This document shows, piece after piece, positions 39,450-49,235 of a stretch of DNA of 64,000 nt. Position 1 is the first letter of the stretch; the number at the start of each line of letters is the position of its first letter. Source of the stretch: an uncultured Erysipelothrix sp. (lineage in GTDB: Bacteria > Bacillota_I > Bacilli_A > Erysipelotrichales > Erysipelotrichaceae); assembly GCA_947631935.1 (NCBI GenBank), contig CANRNG010000001.1, positions 5,935-69,934 on the forward strand, written 5' to 3'. The translations under genes and the position numbers were made by a program. The notes beneath the pieces are model-generated. The model was not told the origin of the DNA and did no database searches. It saw nothing but the letters and a program-made list of their open reading frames with translations.

Positions 39450-40319
39450 CTAATCTATGAGTGATAGTGCTTCTAATATACGATTCAAATCATCATCATC
39501 CTCGAATGATATCACAATACGTTTATCATCAATGGTGGTTCTTGTTTGGAGTTTATCCTCAAAAAGACGCTCTGCATACGCATACTCACGACGCTTAATA
39601 CGAGATTTTTTCGCGGATTGGGGTTGATCTTTATCTTTAATTAGCTTTTCTGTTTCACGCACATTGAGTTTACGATCATAAATTTTTTGTGCATACGATT
39701 CAATTTCCATAGGGTCTTCTAGACTTACCAAAGGTCTTACATGTCCCATGGTTAACTTATTTTCAAGCACCATTTCTTGGACTGAATCTGGCAATTTTAA
39801 TAAACGCAATAGGTTTGTGATGTGGCTACGGGACTTATTGACCCGTTTTGCCGCTTCTTCTTGGGTTAGTTTTAAGTTTTTAATTAAGGTTTGATACCCT
39901 TGTGCTTCTTCTAAAACGTTGAGGTCTTCACGTTGAATGTTTTCAACAATCGCAATTTCCATCATTTGTTCGTCATCAAAGGACACAATTATGACATCAA
40001 TTTCAGCAAATCCAGCAATTTTAGCTGCCCGTAAACGACGTTCACCTGCCACAAGTTCATAGCCTTTGACACTTTCTCTCACTAAGATTGGGGTAAATAA
40101 ACCATGTTGTTTCAGTGATTCTGCCAACTCATTGAGTTTTTCTTCATCAAAGATACGACGGGGTTGGTACGGGTTGGTACGGATATCATTTACAGATAGT
40201 TTGGTTTTTACACCACCATAAGCTTCATGGGATCCTTTTTGAATCTCTTCAAGAACATCCTCAACACCATCCCCAAAGATTGCGCCAAGGCCTTTTCCCA
40301 AACGATTACGATCTGCCAT
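39450..40319 (-). CDS. parB: Chromosome partitioning protein ParB/Spo0J
   Basis: LGKGLGAI, NPYQPR, VAGERRLRA, ENIQREDL, MGHVRPL. Confidence 0.95.
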   Translation of the reverse strand: MADRNRLGKGLGAIFGDGVEDVLEEIQKGSHEAYGGVKTKLSVNDIRTNPYQPRRIFDEEKLNELAESLKQHGLFTPILVRESVKGYELVAGERRLRAAKIAGFAEIDVIIVSFDDEQMMEIAIVENIQREDLNVLEEAQGYQTLIKNLKLTQEEAAKRVNKSRSHITNLLRLLKLPDSVQEMVLENKLTMGHVRPLVSLEDPMEIESYAQKIYDRKLNVRETEKLIKDKDQPQSAKKSRIKRREYAYAERLFEDKLQTRTTIDDKRIVISFEDDDDLNRILEALSLID

Positions 40320-41100
40320 CTAACTTCACCTCTTTCCCATTTCTCTTTAGTACTTCTTTTGAAAGTGACCAATATGCTTTTGCACCTTCAGATTTACGGT
40401 CATATTCAAAAATAGACTGACCACGAGAAGGTGCTTCTGATAATTTAACGTTTCTCGGTATATTACTCTTGTAAACACGTTCTTTAAAATATCGACGCAC
40501 TTCTTGTTGCACTTCAATTGAAAGCCTTGTGCGTAAGTCAAGCATGGTTAATAAGACACCTTCAATTTTTAAATCGGGATTGAACAACTTTTGAACCAAA
40601 CGAATGGTTGATAAGAGTTGTGTCAAACCTTCAAGCGCATAGTATTCACTTTGAACTGGAATAATCACTGAATCAGAAGCGGTCAATGCGTTGGTGTTTA
40701 AGAGTCCCAAAGAAGGGGGACAATCGATTAAAATAAAATCGTATTCATCTTTGATGGTTAAGAGTTTATTTTTCAACAAACGCTCTCGACCCACTTTGAA
40801 TTCAACCATTTCCAAATCGGCTCCTGCCAAATCAATACTCGCAGGAATTACATGTATCGGTGGGGTATTGCGTTTCAATGCAACGTCTTTGACTTGCACA
40901 TCATCCAACAACAAATTATAGGAACTGTATTTAAAATCTGATTTGTCAGCACCCACCCCTTGAGTCGCATTACCTTGAGGATCAAGGTCAATCAACAAAA
41001 CTTTTTGGCCCATATAAGCCAGCCCTGCTGCCAAATTGACACTGGTCGTAGTTTTACCTACGCCTCCTTTTTGATTCGCAATCGCAATAATTTTTCCCAC
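40306..41100 (-). CDS. parA: ParA/Soj ATPase (GTG start)
   Basis: NQKGGVGKTT, DLDPQGN, IDCPPSLG, IPRNVKLSEAPS. Confidence 0.96.
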   Translation of the reverse strand: MGKIIAIANQKGGVGKTTTSVNLAAGLAYMGQKVLLIDLDPQGNATQGVGADKSDFKYSSYNLLLDDVQVKDVALKRNTPPIHVIPASIDLAGADLEMVEFKVGRERLLKNKLLTIKDEYDFILIDCPPSLGLLNTNALTASDSVIIPVQSEYYALEGLTQLLSTIRLVQKLFNPDLKIEGVLLTMLDLRTRLSIEVQQEVRRYFKERVYKSNIPRNVKLSEAPSRGQSIFEYDRKSEGAKAYWSLSKEVLKRNGKEVKLDGRS

Positions 41101-41119
41101 GTGACGTCACTTCCTTTTT

Positions 41120-41875
41120 CTATTTTGGAAAACGAAGGGTCATCACCACGTCATCTTCCGTTTCTTCAATGGTTTGTTCTACTTTAATGCCGGTTTGTTC
41201 GATCATTAAAACAGACTCTTTAATGGTATTGATCCCAATTCGAATGTTTTGAGAAATACCTTTTATACTTGGTTTCTTTGTTTTCTTTGGTTTTTGAATC
41301 AAACGCTCTGTTTGACTCACATTTAATTTCTGATTTAATATTTTATCCAAGACCCCATCTACTTCATCTTTTTCGACTGTTAATAAGGCTCTTGCATGAC
41401 GCTCCGTAATTTTACCATTCGCCAAAGTCGAAAGCGCTCTTTCAGGTAATTCAAGCAAACGGATCTTATTGGCCACAAAAGACTGAGACTTCCCAATTTT
41501 TTGAGCCAACATTTTTTGCGTAATATTTTGATTTTCTAGAATTTGCCGATACGCATACGCCTCTTCCACCGTATTTAAATCTTCTCTTTGAATATTCTCA
41601 ATCAACGCAATGGAAGCACTGGCTTCATCTGATGCTTTGGTGACAATACAAGGTACATCAATATACCCAATCATCAACATTGCGCGATATCTACGCTCCC
41701 CCGCAATAATTTCATAAGTGTTTGTGTCCGTTTCGCGCACTACCACAGGTTGAATCAGTCCGTTTTCCTTAATGGATTGTGCCAATTCTAACAAACGACC
41801 CTCATCGAATTCTGTCCTGGGTTGATAAGGGTTCACAGAGATTTTTTCTATCGGTATTATTTTATGTTCAGACAT
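41120..41875 (-). CDS. noc: Nucleoid occlusion protein Noc-like (ParB family)
   Basis: Lies between rsmG and parA; GKSQSFVANKIRLL, ITERHARAL, Noc-type C-terminus RIGINTIKES...LRFPK. Confidence 0.8.
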   Translation of the reverse strand: MSEHKIIPIEKISVNPYQPRTEFDEGRLLELAQSIKENGLIQPVVVRETDTNTYEIIAGERRYRAMLMIGYIDVPCIVTKASDEASASIALIENIQREDLNTVEEAYAYRQILENQNITQKMLAQKIGKSQSFVANKIRLLELPERALSTLANGKITERHARALLTVEKDEVDGVLDKILNQKLNVSQTERLIQKPKKTKKPSIKGISQNIRIGINTIKESVLMIEQTGIKVEQTIEETEDDVVMTLRFPK

Positions 41876-42566
41876 TTTTCCTCCCTGATAATGGTGTCTT
41901 CTTTATTCTACCATAATTACGTGGATATTTAAGGGGTGTCTTCTTTGTTTTTTCGATTAATAGGTTTATGCGTTCGCCAAGTTCGTCTTCAACCAGCGTT
42001 TCAACTTCAACAATCACAGCACCCAGCTTTTCAATCGCAATTTTAGAAACTTCAAGTTCTTCCAATCCCTTGGCCCCTTTCATCGCAATGAAATAGCCAC
42101 CCATTTTTACAAAAGGAATACAAAGCTCGCTTAAAACATCCAAATAAGCCACAGCCCTTGCGGTTACAACATCAAAAGACTCCCTTAGATCAATAACCGC
42201 TTCCTCGGCACGCGCATTTAAAACAACCACATTCTTTAAACCCAACATCGCAATCACTTCATTTAAAAAATTACAACGTTTTAAAGTAGGTTCAATTAAG
42301 GTTACCGAAATATCGGGTCTTGCGATCGCAATCACCAGCCCAGGAAAACCAGCACCACTGCCTATATCGCAAAGCGTGCTGTCTTTCTTTAAGTATTTCT
42401 CGATCAGAAGCGAATCATAAAAATGCTTCAGATAAATGCCTTCTTCATCATCAATGGCTGTTAAATTTAACACTTTATTGATTTCTTGAATGTGGTTCTT
42501 GTAGATTTCGAATTGTTTTAAATTTAAATTAAGATTCAAACTCTTTAATTTATCAATGCCACTCAT
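41868..42566 (-). CDS. rsmG: 16S rRNA m7G methyltransferase (GidB)
   Basis: KHFYDSL, DIGSGAGFPG, ARAVA, TPLKYPR. Confidence 0.96.
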   Translation of the reverse strand: MSGIDKLKSLNLNLNLKQFEIYKNHIQEINKVLNLTAIDDEEGIYLKHFYDSLLIEKYLKKDSTLCDIGSGAGFPGLVIAIARPDISVTLIEPTLKRCNFLNEVIAMLGLKNVVVLNARAEEAVIDLRESFDVVTARAVAYLDVLSELCIPFVKMGGYFIAMKGAKGLEELEVSKIAIEKLGAVIVEVETLVEDELGERINLLIEKTKKTPLKYPRNYGRIKKTPLSGRKNV

Positions 42567-43537
42567 TAATACTCAAAATCCAATCCAACTTGTTTAAGCG
42601 CGGTTTTCGCAACTTTAACCACGTTCAAACTGTGATCTAAGAATTTATCGCGAAGCGCAAAGTCATGATTATCCACCATTGCTTTAAAGACTTCCACTTG
42701 ATAGTAAAGTCTGGGTTTGTCTTGTTCAACCACTTCTTTTTTAGTACCCTCACTGACCAAGGTCACAGATTCAATACTTGCCACGCCGTTGGGGATGGTA
42801 ATATGACCTGTTTCTCCTTGGATTTGACCCACATTATAAGAAGCAGAATCTTTAGCAGCACTTAAGGTTGCCTTAAATTTACCATAATCCAAAATTAAGA
42901 TACCCGAAGTATCAATACCATTGGTATGTAAATTCGCAAAGTAGTGAATTTCCTTAGGTACCCCAAATAGATAAACGGTAAAATGAATGTTATAGATATT
43001 TAAATCCGCCAAGGCCCCTCCTGAAAATTCAGGATTGAAGACATTGGGGGTTTCTCCAGCCAAAAGCGCATCATAGCGACTTGAATATTGACTGTAGTTA
43101 CATTGAATCAAGCGCAATTGACCCAACTCTTGGATGCGACGTTTAATGTATTCCATATGGGGCATATGGATATTACAAATGGTCTCAAACAAGAAAAGGC
43201 CTTTTTCTTTTGAAAGTGCAATTAATTCTTCAGCACGTTCTACATTCCCTGAAAAAGGTTTCTCGAGTAATACATGTTTTCCTGCATTTAATGCAGCCTT
43301 TGCGTGCGCAAAGTGTAGGCTATTGGGAGAAGCCACATAAATGGTATCCAACGATGAATCTTGAAGCAACAAATCTATATCTGTATAAACTTTCTCAATT
43401 CTATTTGCGCTCGCAAATTTATCCCCAGTTTCTTGTCTTCTAGAATAAACCGCCTCAAACGATACACCCTCAACCAATCTTGCGCTTTCAATAAACGCAA
43501 ACACAATACTTCCTGTACCAATAACTCCAATTCGCAT
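42566..43537 (-). CDS. Gfo/Idh/MocA-family oxidoreductase
   Basis: IGVIGTGSI, YVASPNSLH, GKHVLLEKP, GGALADL. Confidence 0.88.
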   Translation of the reverse strand: MRIGVIGTGSIVFAFIESARLVEGVSFEAVYSRRQETGDKFASANRIEKVYTDIDLLLQDSSLDTIYVASPNSLHFAHAKAALNAGKHVLLEKPFSGNVERAEELIALSKEKGLFLFETICNIHMPHMEYIKRRIQELGQLRLIQCNYSQYSSRYDALLAGETPNVFNPEFSGGALADLNIYNIHFTVYLFGVPKEIHYFANLHTNGIDTSGILILDYGKFKATLSAAKDSASYNVGQIQGETGHITIPNGVASIESVTLVSEGTKKEVVEQDKPRLYYQVEVFKAMVDNHDFALRDKFLDHSLNVVKVAKTALKQVGLDFEY

Positions 43538-43539
43538 GC

Positions 43540-45393
43540 CTAGGCCTCCTTAGTTTTCAATACCATTGCCAAAATAGAAATATCTGAAGGATAAACTCCT
43601 GAAATTCTTGAAGCTTGTCCCATTGTTTGGGGTCTAATTTGACCCAGCTTTTGTCTACCTTCTAATGAAAGGTTTGGGATATTTTCATAATCAATGTTTT
43701 CTGGCAACTTAATTTTATCCATAGATTGCAACTTTTCAGCTTCACGAATGGCTTTTTGAATATAGCCTTCATATTTGATTTCAACTTCTGTTTGGTAAAC
43801 CAAGTGATCATCTAAGTCTAAATCCATCAAGTCAATCATCTCTTGTAAAGTGACTTTAGGACGCTTTACAGCATCGTAGACCGTGATATCATGGGCCTCA
43901 AAAGGTGAGTTCTTAGACGCGAAGAACACTTTCATAGCCTCTGTATGAGGTACCTTGATTGTTTTAATGTGTTCAATGAAGTTATCAATCTTTTGGATAT
44001 CTGCTTCTATTATCTCATAATCTGCATCAGAAATTAAGCCCATTTCATGTGCATATCCAGATAATCTACGATAAGCATTGTCATGTCTCAATAAAAGACG
44101 GTATTCTGCACGTGATGTCAACAAACGATAGGGCTCTTGAGTTCCCTTGGTTACAAGGTCATCAAGCATAACCCCAATATAAGCTTCTTCTCTTCCCAAC
44201 ACAAAGGGATCCTTGCCCATTGCTTTTAAAGAAGCATTGATGCCTGCCATAATGCCTTGGCCTGCTGCCTCTTCATAGCCTGAGGTCCCATTAATTTGAC
44301 CGGCTGTAAAAAGATGTGGAATCTTCATGACTTCCAAGCTTGGATGTAATTGAATGGGATCTACCGCATCATATTCAATCGCATAACCATACTTTTGAAC
44401 CACACAATCTTTTAAACCAGGAATTGTACGTAAAATTTGATCCTGAACATCTTCGGGTAAAGAAGAAGATAAACCTTGAACATAGGTTGTGTCTAAGTGG
44501 GCAGATTCCGGCTCCAAGAAGATTTGGTGACGTTCCTTATCAGAGAAACGTACAATCTTATCTTCAATTGAAGGACAATAACGTGCCCCAACACCTTCTA
44601 CCTTACCTGCATACATGGCCGATAGATTTAAATTCTCAATAATAATATTATGTGTTATCGCATTGGTGTGGGTTAAATAACACGAATACTGGTCTTTTAT
44701 AATTTCACTTCTGGGTGTATTGTTGCTGAATAAATAAGGATTGTCATCTCCAGGTTGAATTTCAGTTTTAGAAAAATCAATGGAATTTGTATAAACACGC
44801 GCAGGTGTTCCTGTTTTAAGTCTCATCGTCTTTAGTCCATATTGACGCAACGAATCTGACAGGGTATTGGTGGTTGGATCCCCATCGGGACCTTCATTTT
44901 TTACACTGTCTGATACTAAAATTTTCGAACTCATATAGGTTCCTGAAGTAATGATGACAGTCTTAGACGCAATAAACGCACCATCCATCGTATGGATTCC
45001 AATACAAACACCATCTTCAACTACAATTTCTTTTACCATTTTTTGAACAATCTCAACGCCTGGTTCATTGACCACAGCATCGCGCATTGCTTTTGAATAC
45101 TCTATTTTGTCGGATTGCACTCTTAAAGAACGGACACCCGGTCCCTTTGAAGAGTTTAACATTCTAAACTGAAGGGCTGTTTTATCCGCAATTTTTCCCA
45201 TTACGCCACCCAGGGCCTCAATCTCTCTTACCACGATTCCCTTAGCAGGGCCGCCAATGGATGGATTACAAGGCATGGTCGCGATACGGTCTATATTCAT
45301 CGTAAAAAGCGCTGTTTTCTGCTTCATTCTTGCTGCAGCAAGGGCCGCTTCTACTCCGGCGTGACCGCCACCGACTATTAATACATCATACAT
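43540..45393 (-). CDS. mnmG: tRNA uridine 5-carboxymethylaminomethyl modification enzyme (GidA)
   Basis: VGGGHAG, CNPSIGGPAKG, RLKTGTP, GQINGTSGYEEAAGQG. Confidence 0.98.
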   Translation of the reverse strand: MYDVLIVGGGHAGVEAALAAARMKQKTALFTMNIDRIATMPCNPSIGGPAKGIVVREIEALGGVMGKIADKTALQFRMLNSSKGPGVRSLRVQSDKIEYSKAMRDAVVNEPGVEIVQKMVKEIVVEDGVCIGIHTMDGAFIASKTVIITSGTYMSSKILVSDSVKNEGPDGDPTTNTLSDSLRQYGLKTMRLKTGTPARVYTNSIDFSKTEIQPGDDNPYLFSNNTPRSEIIKDQYSCYLTHTNAITHNIIIENLNLSAMYAGKVEGVGARYCPSIEDKIVRFSDKERHQIFLEPESAHLDTTYVQGLSSSLPEDVQDQILRTIPGLKDCVVQKYGYAIEYDAVDPIQLHPSLEVMKIPHLFTAGQINGTSGYEEAAGQGIMAGINASLKAMGKDPFVLGREEAYIGVMLDDLVTKGTQEPYRLLTSRAEYRLLLRHDNAYRRLSGYAHEMGLISDADYEIIEADIQKIDNFIEHIKTIKVPHTEAMKVFFASKNSPFEAHDITVYDAVKRPKVTLQEMIDLMDLDLDDHLVYQTEVEIKYEGYIQKAIREAEKLQSMDKIKLPENIDYENIPNLSLEGRQKLGQIRPQTMGQASRISGVYPSDISILAMVLKTKEA

Positions 45394-45524
45394 ATGATCG
45401 CCTCCGTTAGCATTCTATCATATTTCAGGCATCTTCTCTTGCACTTTGCTAAAAAAAATCAAGTATTTTCCACATAATTAAATACACCCCCAAAGACCAA
45501 AGATTATAATATAAATTATAATTG

Positions 45525-45573
45525 TTGACGTAGATAGTACGGTCGTGTTACTGTATTAGTGTAGATAGTACAG
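45525..45573 (+). promoter_or_regulatory. Promoter and YtrA-type GntR operator
   Basis: TTGACG-18-(TG)TACTGT; inverted repeat CTGTATTA-N7-TAGTACAG at 45551-45573; GTAGATAGTAC repeated at 45530 and 45561. Confidence 0.7.
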
Positions 45574-45586
45574 AAAGGGTGGTAAT

Positions 45587-45946
45587 ATGATCCATATCAG
45601 TAGTAATAGCGCACTCCCAATATTTGAACAAATTGTTCAGGAGATTGGACGACTCATCGCTTATGAGATCTTGGAACCCCATGATCAACTCCCTTCCGTT
45701 AGAAGCCTTGCCAAGGATTTGGGAATCAATCCCAATACTGTGGTGAAAGCCTATGATGTATGTGAGAAGCAAAACTTAATTTATTCGAAAAAAGGGCTTG
45801 GTTTCTTTGTGAAAGCCGAACAAAAAGGCCTAAATAGCTTATTAGACAACGCATATCAGGAGCTGAATCAATCCGTTGACAGCATTATGCAACTGGGTGA
45901 TACTGTAGAAGACATTACCCACTACATTAAGGAGGCATTCAAATGA
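45587..45946 (+). CDS. GntR-family regulator, YtrA subfamily
   Basis: PIFEQI, LPSVRSLAKDLGINPNTVVKAY; 119 aa, upstream of an ABC pair. Confidence 0.9.
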   Translation: MIHISSNSALPIFEQIVQEIGRLIAYEILEPHDQLPSVRSLAKDLGINPNTVVKAYDVCEKQNLIYSKKGLGFFVKAEQKGLNSLLDNAYQELNQSVDSIMQLGDTVEDITHYIKEAFK

Positions 45947-46824
45947 TTTCATTCAATAGCGTCAAAAAGAGTTTTGGGGATAAGGTAGTTTTGGATAATA
46001 TTAACTGGAAACTCACCCCCAATCACTGCTATGGTTTGGTTGGACCCAATGGTTCAGGTAAATCAACCCTCTTAAGACTCATCTCAGGTGTCTTAGAAGC
46101 CGATGCGGGGACAGTCTTTGTGGACAAAGAAAATGTCTTTGATAACCCTGTGGCCAAAGAGAAAATCTTCTTTTTGGGAGATGATCCATTCTTCTTCCCC
46201 CAATCAACCATTGAAGACATGCGTAAGTTTTATCAACGCTTTTACCCCAACTTCGATCTTCAAACCTACCACAGCTTGCTGGAAGATTTTGAGCTTGATC
46301 ACCATGCCAAAATCAATGCATTCTCAAAAGGGATGAAACGGCAGGTTATGTTGATTTTAGCCTTGTCATGTAAACCAGAAATTTTACTTTTAGATGAAGC
46401 CTTTGATGGTTTAGATCCAAGAATGCGCTTCAAATTGAGACAATATATTGCCCAGGAAATATCTGAACAGGAGACCATTGTGGTCATCTCTTCACATAAC
46501 TTAAGAGAATTGGAAGATATTTGTGATCACATCGTTTTAATCAACAATAACACCCTACAAATGGATGCAACAACCTATGATATGCAAGATACCTATCATA
46601 AGTTCCAAATGGTATTTAAAGAAGCGTTCGATATCAACAGGATTAATGATTTAAATCCCCTTCATATTGCGGGTGAACAACGTATCTTTACAGTCATTAC
46701 CAAAGGAAACGCAGAAGAAATTGAAGCGAGTCTGAAAGCACTGAACCCCACGGTACTTGAAAAAGGATCTGTATCTTTAGAAGAAATCTTCATTTATGAA
46801 ACGGAGGAAAAGGAACATGCTTAG
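45943..46824 (+). CDS. ABC ATPase (YtrB-like)
   Basis: GPNGSGKST, FSKGMKRQ, LDEAFDGLD, SSHNL. Confidence 0.9.
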   Translation: MISFNSVKKSFGDKVVLDNINWKLTPNHCYGLVGPNGSGKSTLLRLISGVLEADAGTVFVDKENVFDNPVAKEKIFFLGDDPFFFPQSTIEDMRKFYQRFYPNFDLQTYHSLLEDFELDHHAKINAFSKGMKRQVMLILALSCKPEILLLDEAFDGLDPRMRFKLRQYIAQEISEQETIVVISSHNLRELEDICDHIVLINNNTLQMDATTYDMQDTYHKFQMVFKEAFDINRINDLNPLHIAGEQRIFTVITKGNAEEIEASLKALNPTVLEKGSVSLEEIFIYETEEKEHA

Positions 46825-48901
46825 AAATTTACTAGACATCAAATTTTTAAAATATAACTTAAGAAAAAACAATCTCTATTTCTTAATCTTTGGATTGTTG
46901 ATGTTTGCAGTCTTTCCATTACCTGTCATCATTGAAAAAATTAACCATACAGGTTATGACCCTTCCTATGGTATTCTTTATCGTAATCCAAGCTTTTACT
47001 ATAATACAGCCTATGGAACCATGGTTGTCTTTATTTCAATTTTGACCCCTTTTATTCTCTTTAATTATTTAAATTCCAAGAAATCCGTGGATGTGTTTCA
47101 TGCACTCCCTGTTAAAAGAAGTGCACTCTTCTTAACCCATGTATTGACTGGCATTATTTTGATAGCCATACCCATGATTGTAAATTATGTTTTGGGTCAC
47201 TTACTCTATAGCTCGTTTTTTGGCTCTGAAGTCAATTACTATGTGAGTTTACCGATCGATATGTTATCCGGTATCACCATACTATTTGTCTTCTCAATCA
47301 TGATTCAAGCTTTATCCACTTTTGTTATTTTAAATACAGGAACACTTATTGATGGTTTCATACATTTGGGTATCTTCTTGGCATTGCCTTTCTTCATTTA
47401 CTTAACCATCACCGCCTTTTCTTCCAGTTTCTTATTTGGGTCAAGTTTTTTATCCTTTGATACTCTGAAAGGGATGACACCCCTTTATGCCATTTATCAT
47501 GCCTTAATTCAAGAAACATTCCCAACACAACTGATCTTGTATTGGATTGCAGTTTACATCATCTTTATGATTATTCAAACGAATATATATGTGAAGCTAA
47601 AATCAGAATCTTCTGAAGAACCTTTCACCAATAAATACTACTTCCCAATCATAACAGTCATATTTACAGCACTGCTCTTTATTTTAATTAATACTGCCTT
47701 CAGTGCAATTCGGATGAGAACTGGATATTCGATCCAATCATTCTTCGCACTGGATTCAATATTACTGGCCGTGATTTTAAGTTTTGTAGGATACACCATT
47801 CTCAGCATCTTTAAAAATAGATCCACGAAGTACTTCCTCAAAACCATTCGTAACTTTACCTTAATTGTGGTTACCACCACTTTAATGTCTGTGACCTTGA
47901 TTCAAACCCAGGCTTTTGGGATGGTATGGAAAGTGCCTAAGGCAAATGCGATTCAATCCATTGAAATGAATGATTCTGCAATGTTTAATATTCATCCTTT
48001 CATCAATTTCACGGACTACATGTATGGTTATAATAACGTTAAAATTGAAGACCCTGAATTTATTGAGACTTTTGTGAAGGTACACAAATCCATTAACGAA
48101 AAAGTTAAAAGAGAAAAAACCTTCTTAAGAACGGGTGATATGAGTGGTCTTTTGATTGAAAACAATCCTTGTTTAATCCAATCATCTCCAAAACTCTTAT
48201 CCTTCACCTATAACTTAAAAAATGGGCAGTCTCGTGATTATGAAATCTCAGTTCCACATGAACTTTTGATAGACTTCAAAGTCTTGCTCTTAACACAAGG
48301 TTACCAGGAATATATTAACCCCGTTGTCAATCAAGAAATTTCATTATCAAATTTATCCATCTTCAATGACGTGATGGATCAAAAACAAAGACTGACGGAT
48401 GTAGAAAAAATACGTGAAACATTGATAACCCACTACTTCAACGATTTAGCCAAGCTTACAATTGATGATCTTACTTCAAATCCAAAACCTTTGAAATATG
48501 TTCTTGAGTTCAAGCTTGTGAATAACACGGTTCCTTTCATAACACGTCCTGATGGTTATTATGGAGACAGCTATGAATATAACACTCAAAATTATATGTT
48601 CATTGATGAAAGATTTGAAGAAACCGTTGCATACTTGGATACACTTTACACCAATCCTCAAGCCGATACCACGGTAACCTATGCCCTTCAAACCACCAAG
48701 AAACAAAACGATCTCTGTGGTGCCATTGCTGTAGGTCACTATTATGGTGGCTATGAAGATATGGATAATGAATATGAGAACTATACCAATCTAGATAGTG
48801 TTGATGTGTATCGTGGTAAATTATTGGGATCCCATTTCTTACCCAACGAATCCCAATATCTCATTATTAATGATTCGATTTTCGTACCCATTGGAAATTA
48901 G
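46817..48901 (+). CDS. Large ABC permease (multi-TM N-half, soluble C-half)
   Basis: VDVFHALPVKRSALF permease motif, about 10 hydrophobic segments. Start at MLRNLL after SD GGAGG/AAGG. Confidence 0.75.
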   Translation: MLRNLLDIKFLKYNLRKNNLYFLIFGLLMFAVFPLPVIIEKINHTGYDPSYGILYRNPSFYYNTAYGTMVVFISILTPFILFNYLNSKKSVDVFHALPVKRSALFLTHVLTGIILIAIPMIVNYVLGHLLYSSFFGSEVNYYVSLPIDMLSGITILFVFSIMIQALSTFVILNTGTLIDGFIHLGIFLALPFFIYLTITAFSSSFLFGSSFLSFDTLKGMTPLYAIYHALIQETFPTQLILYWIAVYIIFMIIQTNIYVKLKSESSEEPFTNKYYFPIITVIFTALLFILINTAFSAIRMRTGYSIQSFFALDSILLAVILSFVGYTILSIFKNRSTKYFLKTIRNFTLIVVTTTLMSVTLIQTQAFGMVWKVPKANAIQSIEMNDSAMFNIHPFINFTDYMYGYNNVKIEDPEFIETFVKVHKSINEKVKREKTFLRTGDMSGLLIENNPCLIQSSPKLLSFTYNLKNGQSRDYEISVPHELLIDFKVLLLTQGYQEYINPVVNQEISLSNLSIFNDVMDQKQRLTDVEKIRETLITHYFNDLAKLTIDDLTSNPKPLKYVLEFKLVNNTVPFITRPDGYYGDSYEYNTQNYMFIDERFEETVAYLDTLYTNPQADTTVTYALQTTKKQNDLCGAIAVGHYYGGYEDMDNEYENYTNLDSVDVYRGKLLGSHFLPNESQYLIINDSIFVPIGN

Positions 48902-48974
48902 CATCGCTTCAGTGTCTTTTCCTTTTAAAAGAATTTAAAAAGCGTATAATATATTTATAAAGGAGGATCTTTAA

Positions 48975-49193
48975 ATGAAAGATTTACTAAATAAAGCCAA
49001 AGATAAAGCCGAAGATTTGGTTGAAGAAGGCAAGGACAAATTTGAAGATGTCAAAGACAAAACTGAAGACATCATCGAAGAAGGCGTAGAAAAAGCCAAA
49101 GACATTGCCGGTAAAGTCAAAGACAAGGCCGAAGACCTCTATGAAGAAGGTAGCGACAAGGCTAAAGATTTGTTGCATAAAATTAAAAAATAA
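48975..49193 (+). CDS. Small charged repeat protein (LEA/CsbD/YtxH-like)
   Basis: Own TATAAT, SD AAGGAGG and terminator; KDK(A/T)ED..EEG repeated three times. Confidence 0.7.
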   Translation: MKDLLNKAKDKAEDLVEEGKDKFEDVKDKTEDIIEEGVEKAKDIAGKVKDKAEDLYEEGSDKAKDLLHKIKK

Positions 49194-49198
49194 TATAG

Positions 49199-49227
49199 GA
49201 AAAGGGAGTCAATCTCCCTTTTCTTTT
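49199..49227. terminator. Bidirectional terminator
   Basis: GAAAAGGGAG-TCAAT-CTCCCTTTTC. Confidence 0.8.
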
Positions 49228-49235
49228 GCTATAAA

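Noticed and set aside
41093-41110. parS-like CACGTG at the parA start, plus the GTGACGTCAC palindrome
   Set aside because: The flanks do not match TGTTNCACGTGAAACA. Other CACGTG cores (about 11695, 15335, 60028) also fail, and no Noc-box was found by eye.
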